Assembly (NCBI RefSeq): GCF_001194135.2
Contig: NC_068982.1
Span: forward strand, 186,736,346-186,800,345
Length of the DNA: 64,000 bases
Reading direction: 5' to 3'
From: Octopus bimaculoides
Taxonomy: Eukaryota
Part shown: one piece after another, positions 13,487-26,722 of the stretch
How the letters are laid out: every line of letters begins with the position of its first letter
Numbering within the stretch: position 1 is the stretch's first letter
Program-made: the position numbers and the translations under genes
The notes under the pieces: generated by a model
What the model was told of the DNA's origin: nothing
Databases searched by the model: none
The model's input: the letters and a program-made list of their open reading frames with translations, nothing else

Positions 13487-15918
13487 GCACTTTTATGTAT
13501 AAAATTATATTGAAAACTGCGTATTAAGAGAGTTGAAGCTAACAGGTTCTTCTATTCTAAAAGATAATTATATAAAAGAAGTCGAGAATTCGGTAAGAAA
13601 CGAAAATATAAAATAAGGCGGTGAGACACAATCTTTTAGAAGGGAATCAGCGTGTTTATGTTAAGACGAAATCCTATTTTAACGTTCAAATTTTGTGCAC
13701 TATTAGCGACCTACTTTTGATATAAAAATTCTCACAAATATCTCGTTCTTTTATTAACTATACTAATATCACTTCTCAAGGAGTGCTACGGAAAACTAGT
13801 GTCAATGATCTACTAATAGTGCTTTATTAATATACTGAGGTGCCAACACTTAACTAATAACAACTTTCCACCCACCTAGCAAGATGCGCGCGTGTTTATC
13901 GGCATTATTTCAGTTTTAGTGCCAACAAAGACGCAACAGTTCTTTCTCAATTGCATAATACAACCACTAGCTACTACTACCCATACATGTATACAATCAC
14001 TTGAACAGCTGACGAAAGAAGAGTGACGACATGTGATTTTGCAAACGCAAAAATCGAAACAGGTTTTCCACTCAGTCGCAGAAACACACACATATAAATA
14101 TATATACATACACATATGTATATATATCTGTATATACATATATTTCTCCCACTATAAAAATACATTCATTTATACATATAAATACACACACACACATAAG
14201 AGATATAATTCGACAAATCTACGCACACTGTAAACAAAGAAATGTCATTGACCCATGTTGTTAATCTAGGTCAATCTTCACTGACTATGACCTTACTTCC
14301 TTCTTTATTTAACAATATCTTTAAGAAAGTGAAATATGGTTCGAGGGGAGATTTGATGGCGGAGGTCCTGGAATGGATCGCCCACATAAACTGGCCGACC
14401 TATGCCAAACCTCCGCCGATTTAGTTGCTATTTTCACCAGATCGAGTAATTTATTTAGCCGACGACGTTACTAATAACTACGCCAGAGGCCATAGATTAA
14501 GAGTCACCCGGAAAGACTGGATTTCGGTTTGACTCATGAGAAATCAAACACACCTCAAATATACGCAGGAAGTATCTTATTTATATTCTAAGCCATGTTT
14601 TATCATGACCAAAGCTCGATTTCAACTTTCACTATTGTTTCCTACGTGTTAGACATTGTCAAAAATTTGGTATTTATCCGTTTTTTCCAAAAGGGTGTAA
14701 CAGGTGAAACTTCACTGGAAAAAGGCGCGGAATTGGGGATGAAGGCATTAAAAAGTTTTTTGGATAAAAAAATTCTTTCCCGGAAGGAAACAACCACGAA
14801 ATTCTTTACTCGTTTCCTCCTCCATAAGATAGTAATAGCTATTCTGAAAGTCCGCCGATTGGAGACAGATACATTGTAATTGCTTCCGTTTCAACACGAT
14901 CTCACAGCAAATCATTGGCCAGATAAGTAGATCTCTGGAATTTTTATATTTTAATAAAATGTAAAACCCCTATTATAAATCTTAAAGAGGTGATTGATTT
15001 AATCAGCAGATAATTTCAATCAAGATTGATTATTAAAAGAAAGAATTTGGTTATGTTTTTTTTTTTTTTTATGTAGAGGTGTGACTGATTGGAAGCGTGA
15101 AAAAACAAAACAAAACAATTATAAATTATTATTAGGGACCTTTAACGTGAGTCACCGGTGTCAATCGGACAGGGGGACATCGTCAACGACACCGAAAAGT
15201 TGAAAGGACGAATACAAGGAAACTGGAAGATTCAGAAATATTAAGAGAAAATATGAAAATGGTTAAGGAGAATACATCGAATGTCAAAGATGATAAAGAG
15301 AAACAGAGAGACATTAATAAATAGAAATATTAATTTGTATGTAGAGAATGAGAAAGATATTAATCCGCGACAGAAAATAAAAACAAGCTGGTCCCAATGT
15401 GTTTATGTGTGTTTTGTAAGAAGCATCGTCGTTATATAATTAAAATATATTTTTATTAAAACAAATAAATGGATAAGTAATTAAATATAGGAAGACAGAA
15501 ATGTATTTTGTATGAATAGAGACGGAAACTGAAAGAAAATAAAGGCAAACGAAATAATTCTCGGTGGTTTTGTGTCAGTGAAGTCAGTCAATGGCGAGAT
15601 TAGGCGCTATTTACAACGATCGGGGAGGATTTTTGAATTTTTTTCATCTTTATCCTTACACGATTTCTGATACGATCAAGGAAATATAACCTTCAATTCA
15701 TGAATAATGTCCAACAGCATCATTTAGACTAACAAACCAATGTAAATTTAAAGACGAAGCGTGTTTTTAAGTGATGGGAAAACAACAAATGGCAACGAAT
15801 TCGCTTGAAAAGACGATTGAGCCATTTGAGGCGAAATACTGCGTAAAACTGAATCAGGGAGGATTTAGACATTGGAAAAGGTAAATATAAAAGATGATCA
15901 ATTGAGGTTTGATATTTA

Positions 15919-16577
<659 letters not shown>

Positions 16578-16608
16578 ATGGCTTTGTACGGAGATGCTGG
16601 CATTGTAG
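16578..16608 (+). CDS. Candidate first coding exon of the uncharacterised plus-strand gene (MALYGDAGIV + 1 nt)
   Basis: ATG (AAGAATGG context) next to the promoter, 31 nt, donor AG|GTATCC in phase 1, matching the phase of all downstream exons. No homology recognised; the link to the downstream exons is inferred. Confidence 0.4.
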
Positions 16609-17140
16609 GTATCCGTTTGTCTAATTTAGCTTAAATGTTCTATGAAAGTATATGAAAGCGTATGATTTGTGATTTTAAAATTTTATTTTCATTTACATAT
16701 GATAAAGCGTGTGTGAACACGCCAGCATATCGTCGGCTAACATACGCTCAGATCCTAATCAAATAAGAGTGATGTTTGACTTGTACGCTGGTATTGAGGT
16801 CTAATATGGGGCTTGTGGCTATTGATTCCCTCCCTAAGGAAATCAACTTACGACCTCTTGAATTATGAGGAGTTCTAATACAGTCTTGTCTCGCCTTAGC
16901 AACTTTTCGCCGAGTTCCTACCCAGGATATCAAATTTGGGAAGATGATCGAGTTAATTGAGCTCCAATATTTGTCTAGTACTTTATTTTATCGGCTTGAG
17001 AAGGGTATAAAACCAAACTTGACTTCAACAATACTTTTACTCAGAATATAAAGGGGAGTAACTAAATATGGTTAGACTTCTCAGACGTTCTAACGATTCT
17101 TCTAATTTACCGCTATTAAGACAAACATTCTGAAAACATC

Positions 17141-17309
17141 GGTAAATTTTGGGAAGTACACCCGCACGATTTTCACTAAGAAAAAAAAAAACTCGGATCT
17201 TTTGCGTGGAATCAAGTACCCTGACCTCGTAATGTGTCGCAAAAAAAATCCGAGTTTTTTTTTTTTTTTCTTAGTGAAAGTCGTGCGGGTGTACTTCCCA
17301 AGATTTACC
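17141..17309. mobile_element. 169-bp MITE, Merlin-like (or hAT-like)
   Basis: About 58-bp TIRs starting GGTAAAT, and a perfect 8-bp TSD AAAACATC at 17133-17140 and 17310-17317. Confidence 0.8.
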
Positions 17310-17754
17310 AAAACATCTTTAGAATTCTTGATTCTTGAGATTATCTTCCTTCTATATTTGGCGTTGGTCCCAGTTGCCATCTAGAAGCGGTGATAATTTC
17401 AGTAAATCAAAAATCCATTTTGTATGCTATTCAATACAACCTTCTTCGTTATAGGTGTGTGTGTGTGTGATCATCATCATTTAACGTCCCTTTTTCTTTG
17501 CTGGGATGGTTTCTACAGTTGGATGCCTTCCCTCCCTAACGCCGACCACTTCACAGTGTTCTGGGTGCTTTCTTGCGATGTCAGTGGGGTATACTATTGA
17601 GAGATATGAAAGAATGGTCAAAGGACAGGAGTAAGGGACTTACTGAAGAGACGAACATATGACTTCCCCATCGGGAAAAAGAGAGAGTAGGAGAGATAGT
17701 GTCAAGGTGAATATGTAACACAGAAATAGGATGAAAGAACAGAAAAGGTGAGTC

Positions 17755-18300
17755 ATCATCATCATCGATTAACGTCCGTTTTCCATGCTGGCATGGGTTG
17801 GACGGTTTGACTGAGGTCTGGAGAGTTAATGGCTGCACCAGACTCCAATCTGGTCTGGCTAAGCTTCTACAGCTGGATGCCCTTCCTAATACCAACCACT
17901 CCAAGAGTGTAGTGGGTGCTTTTTATGTGCCACCATCACAGGAGCCAGTAAGGCGGGCCTGGCAATGGTCACGTTTGGTTGGTGCTTTTTACGTGCCATC
18001 GGCACAGGAGCCAGTCAGGGAGTACTGGCATCGGTCATGATCAGTTGGTGCTTTTTACGTGCCACCGGCACTGGGGCCAGTAAGGTGGGCCTGGCAATGA
18101 ATACTTTCGGATGGTGCTTTTTATGTGCCACTGGCACAGGAGCCAGTCAAGTGGACCTGGCATTGACCATGTTCGGATAGTGCTTTTTACGTGCCATCAG
18201 CCAGGGGCCACCTGCCCCAGCTACAATATTGGTTTTACTTGACTCAACAGGTTTTCTCAAGCATATCATATCGCCCCACGCATCAGGAATATTCTTAACA
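17755..18300 (-). mobile_element. RTE-tail repeat (most abundant family) carrying a 66-bp internal tandem array; representative copy
   Basis: Core ggttggcgttaggaagggcatccagctgtagaaac and (GAT)n tail. Over 20 copies in the window, e.g. 1110-1305, 3300-3890, 5600-5910, 6450-6800, 10970-11310, 33460-34110, 44600-44850, 48915-49430, 56050-56465, 57178-57450, 58270-59170, 60070-60350, 63700-63890. Confidence 0.85.
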
Positions 18301-18729
18301 GGACTGGACGTGTGTGGCTGTGATCTCACTTTAGTTGCCGGGCCTTCTCAATCACAGTGTTATCTCCAAAGGTCCCAGTCTTCTGTCATTGCCTTTTGTG
18401 AGGCCCAATGTTCTTAGGTCATGCTTCACCACCTCATCCCATGTGAGTGGGTATGTAAATGTGCTGGAGTGAAACTAGTTTGACAAATGATTAGAAATGG
18501 AGATTAAATTGGATACAGCAAAGAGTGAATATCAGTTTGGGGTGGGGGAGTGAAGGAAAGGAAATAGGAGTGGGTGAGAGAGGAGGAAGTGACAAGGAAC
18601 AGTAGAAGGGATGCAAGTGGCACCCAAATGAATACAAGGTTGGAGGGATGGGTGTTTGAAGACGAGTTCTGAGAAGTGGTGAGGCTTGCCAGAATGGCAG
18701 TGCTGTTGAGATTGGACAGGCAGCCTTCA

Positions 18730-20370
18730 CAAGCACAGCATATTGTCATTCATCTTGATCCTTTGTCATCTTCTCAGAGAGGCTCACCATTTTAAGGTCA
18801 GTCTTCACTACTTCCTCCCATGTCGTCATGAGTCTCACTTTTTAACAGGTTCCATCCACATCTAACCCTCAGCACTTCCTTGTATGGCTGTCCTCATCCA
18901 TCTGCATCACATGACCATACCAGCACAATCTTCTCTCCTGCACACCACATCTGATGCCACTTGTGCCAAATTTTTCTCTTCACATTTGTACTTTTTCATA
19001 CATGTACACTGATGAAGTACATCATTTCTTTCTAGTCTTTGCATGTCCTCTGCATTCACAGTTCAAGTTTCACAACCATGTAGCATAGATGTATGTACAC
19101 AAGCATCATACAATTTGCCCTTCACTCTGAGAAAGAACCTTTTTGTTATCAACAGAGATAATAGCTCTCTCAACTTTCTCCAGCCAGTTCTTATTCTAAT
19201 AACTATAGTTTCAGTACACCACTCTCCATTGTTAATAAGGTCACTTATATAATAGAAACTATTGTAGTGGCGCGTGTGGCCGCCATCTTGGGAAGTGCCA
19301 TTGCGCATGTGCAAGGGACTTGCCGTCAGCGGAAGTACCCGAGCACGCATGCGCAATGCAACAGGTGCAGAGAAAGAAATAGCGTTCGATCTCTTATCCA
19401 TCCAGCGGTCGTTGTGACAGGACGTTCTTCCAAGCTGTCCCAACTCAACCACGACATGTGGTCGAAGCTTCTTTGGTATTCTAGCGGCATGCCTGTTCAC
19501 CCAGGAATGAAAAGGCTCTACACCAACCTAGAATAAATTATTGATCTGTTGTTACCGTTATCTCTCGTGTTGTTGTATTTCTGGATTCAATGATTAATAT
19601 AAGAACTGGGGAGAGATGGCCGAGCCGTCATATCTCATCCAATTCTTATAACTGGTGACCCCCGACGTGATACGGAATCTCTCATACAACACATCCAATT
19701 CTTATAACTGGTGACCCCTAGTACGAACATGAAATTATCTCCCTAACAACTCGTCAAAAATGAAGAGACGACGTAAAAAAAAAACAACAACACAAGAGAC
19801 GAGGGAATGGAACAACCCACCCAACTGCAACAGTTTTCTTACCCCGGAGAAAAATACCATACAGCCTGGAAACTGAACCATCAACTACTATGACACAAGC
19901 CGCCGCTTATTTCTCTCACCCACGTGTTTCTTTCAACACCAACTGAGGCCGAGAAAAGAACAAACGAGGGAACAGTGATTTCTCTTTTCGCCTGACTCCA
20001 CATGGCTTGAAAAACAAACAAAAAAAAAACAAACAACGTTGCTTCTATCTATTGTCTTACAGGACAACACACAATATCATCCAATTCTTATACTATTTAC
20101 TGCCTTTAAGGATCCTCTTAGGCTTTTAGTGCTTATTGAACCTATGCACCTTCCACAAACCAAATCTACTTTCTGTTAATCTTCCTGTGGTTCTACTGCA
20201 CCTCTTATGTATCCATAGTTTACACTGAGTACAACTTGTTCAATTTCTGTATATTAAACAGGTCATTTTCCTGAAGAGATTAGTATCCTGTCTCTTTTCC
20301 TGCTAATTAAAACTTTGGTCTTTACTAATTTAACTTTAAGGCCTTTTGATTCCAGGTTTTACTTTTATAC
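18730..20370 (-). mobile_element. RTE LINE RT fragment interrupted by an LTR-type insertion
   Basis: Translated remnants IRTGWRKLRELLSLLITKRFFLRVKGKLYDACVHTSMLHGCET; the RT sequence is continuous across 19263-20092 once the insert is removed. Confidence 0.85.
19263..20092 (+). mobile_element. Non-autonomous LTR-type element, 830 bp, with tRNA-Trp primer-binding sites
   Basis: 4-bp TSD CTAT (19259-19262, 20093-20096); starts TGTAG; AATAAA at 19532; PBS TGGTGACCCCCGACGTGAT at 19653-19671, close to the reverse complement of the tRNA-Trp 3' end. Confidence 0.8.
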
Positions 20371-20464
20371 CTGGAATTTCACAGATATGCATGCATCCAT
20401 CCAACCATCCAACCATCCATCTATACACACACACATAATGTACAAACGTGCATTAGGCAGTGTT

Positions 20465-22243
20465 ATCGGTTTTTACTGTCAACAAATTGTCTACTACAAA
20501 GGTAAAGGTGATACTTTAGATAGAAATAATTACAGAGGTATCAAATTATTGGATCAGGTGATGAAAGTTATGAAGAGATTCATAGCCCAACTAATTAGGG
20601 AGAGAGTTAGTCTAAATGAGATGCAGTTTGGGTTTGTTCCAGGGAGAAGCACCATTGATGCTATATTTCTAGTAAGGCAACTGCAGGAGAAATACCTAGC
20701 CAAAGATAAACCTCTGTTTTTTTGCTTTTGTTGTTGTGGAGAAAGCCTTTGACAGGGTCTCCCGGTGCCTTATCTGGTGGTCAATGTGGAAACTAAGGAT
20801 AGATGAGTGGTTGGTAAGAACTGTATAAGCCCTGTACAGGGACAATACCAGTAAGGTGAGTGTGGGCAATGAGTATTGTGAAGAATTCCGAGTGGAGGTA
20901 GGGGTCCACCACAGATCAGTCCTCAGCCCCCTCTTATTCATTATAGTCCTCCAGGCAATAACAGAGGAATTCAAGACTGGCTGCCCCTGTTTCAGGTGTG
21001 GAAGCAAGGTCTAGAATTAAATGGCCTTAGAGTTAACCTAGCAAAGCCCAGTCTTAATAAGTAGGAAAGCAGACATATCACAAATCCCTTCAGGTAGATG
21101 GCCCTGCTCAATCTGGAGAAAAGGTGTAGGTAGAAACTCCATAAAATGCACCCAGTGTAAACTTTGGACACATAAAAGATGCAGTAACATCAAAGGAAGG
21201 TTAACAGGGAAATAAGCTATTGTATGTGGAAGATGTACAGGTACAATCAATGCTGAAAATGTGCAGAAAATAGACTCCATCAACTGCCAGGGTGGCAAGC
21301 TAGAGGTAGTAGATAGCTGTGAGAATAAGATTAAGCTGGGCAAAGCTCAGAGAGCTCCTACCACTGCTGGCAACAAAGGTCTTCTCTCTTAGAGTGAAAG
21401 GCAGATTGTTTGATGCCTGTGTGCAAACAGCTATGCTGCATGGCAGTGAAACATGTGCTATGACAGCCGAGGGCATGTGTAGGCTTGAAAGAAATGAAGC
21501 CAGTATGCTTCGCTGGATGTGCAATGTCAGTTTGTATGTTCAACAGAGTGTAAGCATCTTGAGGGAAGAGTTAGACATAAGAGGAATCAGATGTGGTGTG
21601 TAAGAGAGATGACTGTGCTGGTATGGTCATGTGATGCATATGGATGAGGACAGCTGTGTAAAGAAGTGCCAATCTCTAACTGATGAGGGAACCTGTGGAA
21701 GAGGTAGACCTAGGAAGACATGGGATGAGATGGTGAAGCATGATCTTTGAACTTTGAGCCTTACTGAGGCAATGACTGGTGAGTGAGACCTTTGGCAATG
21801 TACTGTGCTTAAGAGGATCCGTCAAGCCAAGTGCATCTGTGCTGGTGGCACGTAAAGAACATCTTTTGGACGTTGGGCCTCGTAGAGGCGAAGTGGCCGA
21901 GTTCCTTTCAAGAGTTGAGCCTCACGGAGGTAAAACGGCTGAGTTCCTTTTGAGTGTTGGGCCTCATGGAGGCAATGACCAAGACCTTTGGCATTGAGCC
22001 ATGCTGAAAAGAAGACCCTCAAGCCAAACAAAATTGCAGTTGTGACAGATACTGGTGTCATACAAAGTGGCACCCATGTTGGTGGCACGTAAACACACCC
22101 CAGTGTCAAGCAAATGACACCCATGCCAGTGACATGTAAAAGCACTCATTACATTCTTGAAGTGGTTTGCATTTGAAAGGGCGTCCAGAGTGCCAGCCCA
22201 GTCAAACTGTCCAACCCATGCCAGCAGGGACTACGGACGTTAA

Positions 22244-22270
<27 letters not shown>
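20465..22270 (+). mobile_element. 5'-truncated RTE LINE (RT domain plus 3' tail), with frameshifts and stops
   Basis: YKGKGDTLDRNNYRGIKLL...QFGFVPGRSTIDAIF...; IRLSWAKLRELLPLL...AMLHGSET; ends in (GAT)n. Confidence 0.92.
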
Positions 22271-22275
<5 letters not shown>

Positions 22276-22304
22276 CATATCCTGTTTGTGTTAGACACAC
22301 GTTA

Positions 22305-22460
22305 GTAAAAAGTTCTTAGTAGTACTGTAATAGAATACATTCTTTGTCACTTCGGTACTTCTGCACCAGTTAAAGAAGTATTTTCTGTAATAATGTGGTT
22401 GGAAGAGAAGAGCAATATGGCAGAAGATACAGTTAGGGACCTTCTGCTGATTAATATTCC
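22305..22460 (+). mobile_element. hAT transposase C-terminal dimerisation-domain remnant
   Basis: Open frame IEYILCHFGTSAPVKEVFSVIMWLEEKSNMAEDTVRDLLLI resembles the hAT motif LPGTSAxVERxFS. Confidence 0.5.
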
Positions 22461-24589
22461 TTATTTCTTTATTGCCAACAAGGGGCTAAACACAGAGGGG
22501 ACAAACAAGGACAGACAAAGGGATTAAGTCAATTAGATTGACCCCTATGCGTAACTGGTACTTAATTTATCAACCCCGAAAGGATGAAAGGTAAAGTTGA
22601 CCTCAGCAGAATTTGAACTCAGAACGTAACGGCAGACGAAATACCGCTAAGCATTTCGCCCGGCGTGCTAACGATTCCGCCAGCTCGCCGCTTTAATGAT
22701 TAATATTCCATTAAGATTTTCAGAATTTTCTTGACAAAATCAAATATGACATTGAATTACTTTGAAAAATTTCAAATGAAAAATATGAAAGTATGGATGA
22801 TAAAATAAAATATTACTTGACAATAAAACGTGTTTAGTTTAATTTATCTTTAAACATTCTTGTTCTCCTTGACAATATTTTGCATGCTTGTACTGTCAAG
22901 TAAAGTGTACCTGTTTCGTACATCTGTTTCTGTAATTGATAAAAAATCATACATTCGTATCAGATTCCATGTATCACTACAGCATTTGCCAGGAACTTCC
23001 TTCGGTTAAGAAAACATGCAGCTATCATCATCATCATCGTCATTTAACATCTGGTTTGACTAGAGCTGGCAAACCAGAGAGCTGCACCAGGCTCCAGTTG
23101 TATGTTTTGGCATGGTTTCTATGGCTAGATGCCCTTCCTAACACCAACCACTTTACAGAGTGTACTGAGTGTTTTATATGTGGCACCAGCACAGGTGCTT
23201 TTATGCATGACACCAGCAGTTATATTAATATATTTGCAATGAAATATCCTCCAGGCCCCTGACTACTGCACATAGGAGGCTTGCTCTCCCTCATTACATA
23301 ACCTACATGTTATACCTCTTCAAACCCTGGTCGGTTTTAAAGCTGAAAATAATGGTAAGCCTAATCAGTAGTAGATGAGGTTATTCTGGGAGCTTCTTAG
23401 CCAGAATAAGACCCATTGATGAGCCACCTTAATGATAAATCTTCATCAACTCTTGGATACTGTTGTCTTTAGGCCTAGAACCCTTAGGGCTGGTTACTTG
23501 GTTTCCTGGGCATACAAGTGACTGAAGCCACAACATTAACCCCTGGACAGGATGCCAGTTTGTTGCATGGTTACTCATTTACAACTGGAGTGAACATGAA
23601 GTGTTTTACTCAAGCACACTATTCACTGCCTGGTCTGAGAATTGAAACCGTGATTGCAAGATCATGGGTGCAACACCATAGCCACTCAGCCCACATGCCT
23701 TCAATTTATAACCATAAAAGTGAGATTCTGTCTGTCTGGGACCCCTGTATCTCAGTCAACATTTGTTCTATATTGATATATTATACCTTTTTGGAATCAG
23801 GATGATCCTAGGATTGAAAATCTGCCCTTCATTTGGTTCTTGAACATCCAGCATTGGGATCTGATTTAAAAGGATTTGGGTTGCTGTTTCTTGCAGGTAA
23901 AGTTTGGCTGATTCATGCCATCTTGGTTGGTGTTTGTCAGATGATGTCAGAAATCAAGAGGGAGATAAATGACATTCGCTTCGTTAATTTTACATCAAGA
24001 TAAGAACTTTGGGACAAATTGGCCAACAGCTGGGATCCAACTTGGGACCAGAACAAAAGAATGATTGAATTACAGAATTAATTCTCATCCATCCTTAACC
24101 TCTGATCAAACATCACCAGGGCAAATAGTCGTTATAGATGTATTATAGTCATGCTATTTAGCTCTCTTTAGTTTTGGGCCACAGACGCAATTTGCCTTCT
24201 ACATAGGAGGGCTAATTATAGATGATATTCTTTTATTCATTTCAGTCATTTGACTGTGGCCATGCTAGAGCACTGCCTTTAGTCGAACTAATCGACACCA
24301 GAACTTATTCTTTGTACGCCTGGTACTTATTCTATCAGTCTCTTTTGCCAAGCCGCTATGTTACGGGGACATAAACACACCAACATCGGCTATCAAGCGA
24401 TGGTGGGGTGACAAACACAGACACACAAATACATACATATACATATATCCACTCACAAGACTTTGGTCGGTCTGAGGCTATAGTAGAAGACACTTGCCCA
24501 AGATGCCATGCAGTGGGACTGAACCAGGAACCATGTGGTTGCGAAGCAAGCTTCTTACCACACAGCCACTCCTGTGCCTCTAGTTACAT

Positions 24590-24900
24590 TATTTTCTTGA
24601 ATGATGATCTCAATGGGCATGTTGGATAGCACTACAGTGGCTGCTGCAGAATACATGGTGGCTATGGTTATGATTGTGGGAATGAATTGGAATCAAGTCT
24701 CATAGAGTTCTGTGATGTAAATGAACTAACAGTCAACAACTGCAACACAAACCTAAAGAAAGCAGTCGGCCATTAAATTCCCCTTTCAAACAGAGCCACA
24801 AAGATTTCATTCTCACCAGGAAATGGTATGAGTAGAAGGCTGTAAATATTACCTCTTTCCCCAGTGAAGAATATACCCCTCAACATTAGTTATTGGGGAA
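24590..24900 (+). mobile_element. RTE endonuclease-domain fragment, degraded
   Basis: GYGYDCGNELESSLIEFCDVNELTV...DFILTRK resembles APE-endonuclease motifs of RTE LINEs. Confidence 0.5.
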
Positions 24901-25824
24901 TGGCTTCAGAATAAGAATTAAACAGATTGAAATGCAAAAGAAATTCTAGAGAAGGAGAGTGTGGTAAGTGAGACATCCTAACATTCTCCTAATAAATACA
25001 TCATCATCATCATCATTGTTGCCGTTTAATGTCCGCTTTCCATGCTGGCATGAGTTGGACGGTCTGACTGAGGGCTGGCAAACCAGAAGACTGCACCAGG
25101 CTCTGATCCGATCTGGCAGCGTTTCCACAGCTGGGTGCCCTACCACACTCTCCTTCTCTAGAATACATGTTTTTGATTATTCTCAATTTTTTTTTAATAT
25201 GTGCATCAGGAGAAGATGGAGGTAGATAACCTAGGGCCACAGAGGACAACAAGGAGTTTTTACAATACAACCTGCTGAAAGCCAGAGACCATTGTCATGG
25301 CTGGAGCAAGATATCAGTGAAACATAAGATAACATGATGGTGCTACAGGACTTTCGGCTGAGCAATATGAGTTAAAATACAACCATGAAAAGAGAGAAGA
25401 AATCGTTTAATGTTCGTGTTCCATGTTGGTATGGGCTGGACAGTTCCACAGGATTCAGCAAGCCACAGGACAGTGTCAGCTTTGACATGGTTTCTGTGGC
25501 TGGATGCCCTTCCTGTGGTTTGGGTACTTTTTATATAGCTCCAGCAGCAGTGAAGTCACTAAGAAGCATGCAAGAGAGGAAAGGAACAAGAAAATTGGAT
25601 AACAAAAGATTCTATGAAGTAACTGAGAGAGAAGCTACATGAGAAGGCACAGGCATGGCTGTGTGGTAAGAAGCTTCTTTCTCAAGTTCGGTCCCACTCT
25701 GTGACACCTTTGGCAAGCGACTTCTACTATAGTCTTGAGCTGACCAAAGTCTTGTGAGGGGGTTTGGTAGATGGAAACTAAAAGAAACCCATTGTGTGTA
25801 TGTATGTATATATAGAGAGACCAA

Positions 25825-26220
25825 AGCGCAGGAGTGGTTGTGTTGTAAGTAGCTTGCTTACCAACCACATGGTTCCGAGTTCAGTCCCACTGCGTGGCAC
25901 CTTGGACAAGTGTCTTCTACTATAGCCTCGGGCCGACCAAAGCCTTGTGAGTGGATTTGGTAGGCGGAAACTGAAAGAAGCCTGTCGTATATATGTATAC
26001 ATATATATGTATGTGTGTGTTTGTGTGTCTATGTTTGTCCCCTCAACATCGCTTGACAACCGATGGTGGTGTGTTTACATCCTCGTAACCTAGCAGTTCG
26101 GCAAAAAGAGACCGATAGAATAAGTACTAGGCTTCCAAAGAATAAGACCTGGGGTCGATTTGCTCAACTAAAGGCAGTGCTCCAGCATGGCTGCAGTCAA
26201 ATGACTGAAACAAGTAAAAA
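25825..26220 (+). mobile_element. tRNA-headed SINE family B, representative full copy
   Basis: Head gcaggagtggttgtgttgtaagtagc...gttcagtccc, internal (TA/TG)n, tail ...cagtcaaatgactgaaacaagtaaaa. Other copies at 11600-12175, 24235-24510(-), 42590-42990, 44035-44435(-), 50250-50645. Confidence 0.85.
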
Positions 26221-26235
26221 AGTATACCACAATAT

Positions 26236-26722
26236 GTATATAAAAAGGAAATCAAAAAATAGGACAAGAACACAAAACATCCAGACAGCTAGATGATACA
26301 AAAAAGGGACAACAAAACATCCAGACAGAGGATACAAAAAACGGACAAGAAAAAACAAGGACGGGTCATTCAAAGTTTTCTTTCCTCAGTCAAGTTCCAG
26401 ATTATCTTTGCAATTCCGTTTTTTTTCTGTCCTTGTTTTTGTATACATTCGCTACTTTCTTCCAAAGAATCTAATGCTCTTAGCTTAGTTTTTTCCTTGG
26501 GGCTGGCCAGATTGGAGCAATCTCGAGTATAACCAGCCAAAATTGCGAAGATAATCTGGAACTCGACTGAGGAAAGAAAACTTTGAATGACCCGTCTGTG
26601 ATTTTTCTTCTCCCTTTTTTGTATCACCTGTCTGGATGTTTTGTTGTCCCTTTTTTGTATCATCTAGCTGTCTGGATGTTTTGTGTTCTTGTCCCATTTT
26701 TTGTATTCCTTTTTATATGTAT
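26236..26722. mobile_element. Fold-back / long-TIR element with arms of about 180 bp
   Basis: 26236-26415 is the reverse complement of about 26540-26722 (acaaaacatccagacag...gacgggtcattcaaagttttctttcctcagtc). Confidence 0.8.

Noticed and set aside
17915-18210. Regularly spaced 66-bp repeats resembling a CRISPR array (also 33560-33950, 49090-49350, 58840-59130)
   Set aside because: Eukaryotic context, no unique spacers, no cas genes; the whole unit is repeated inside a retroelement tail.
23255-23354. Exon-like segment with a good GTAAGC donor
   Set aside because: The phase-1 entry hits a stop immediately, and the only open frame is phase 2 to 0, incompatible with the array.
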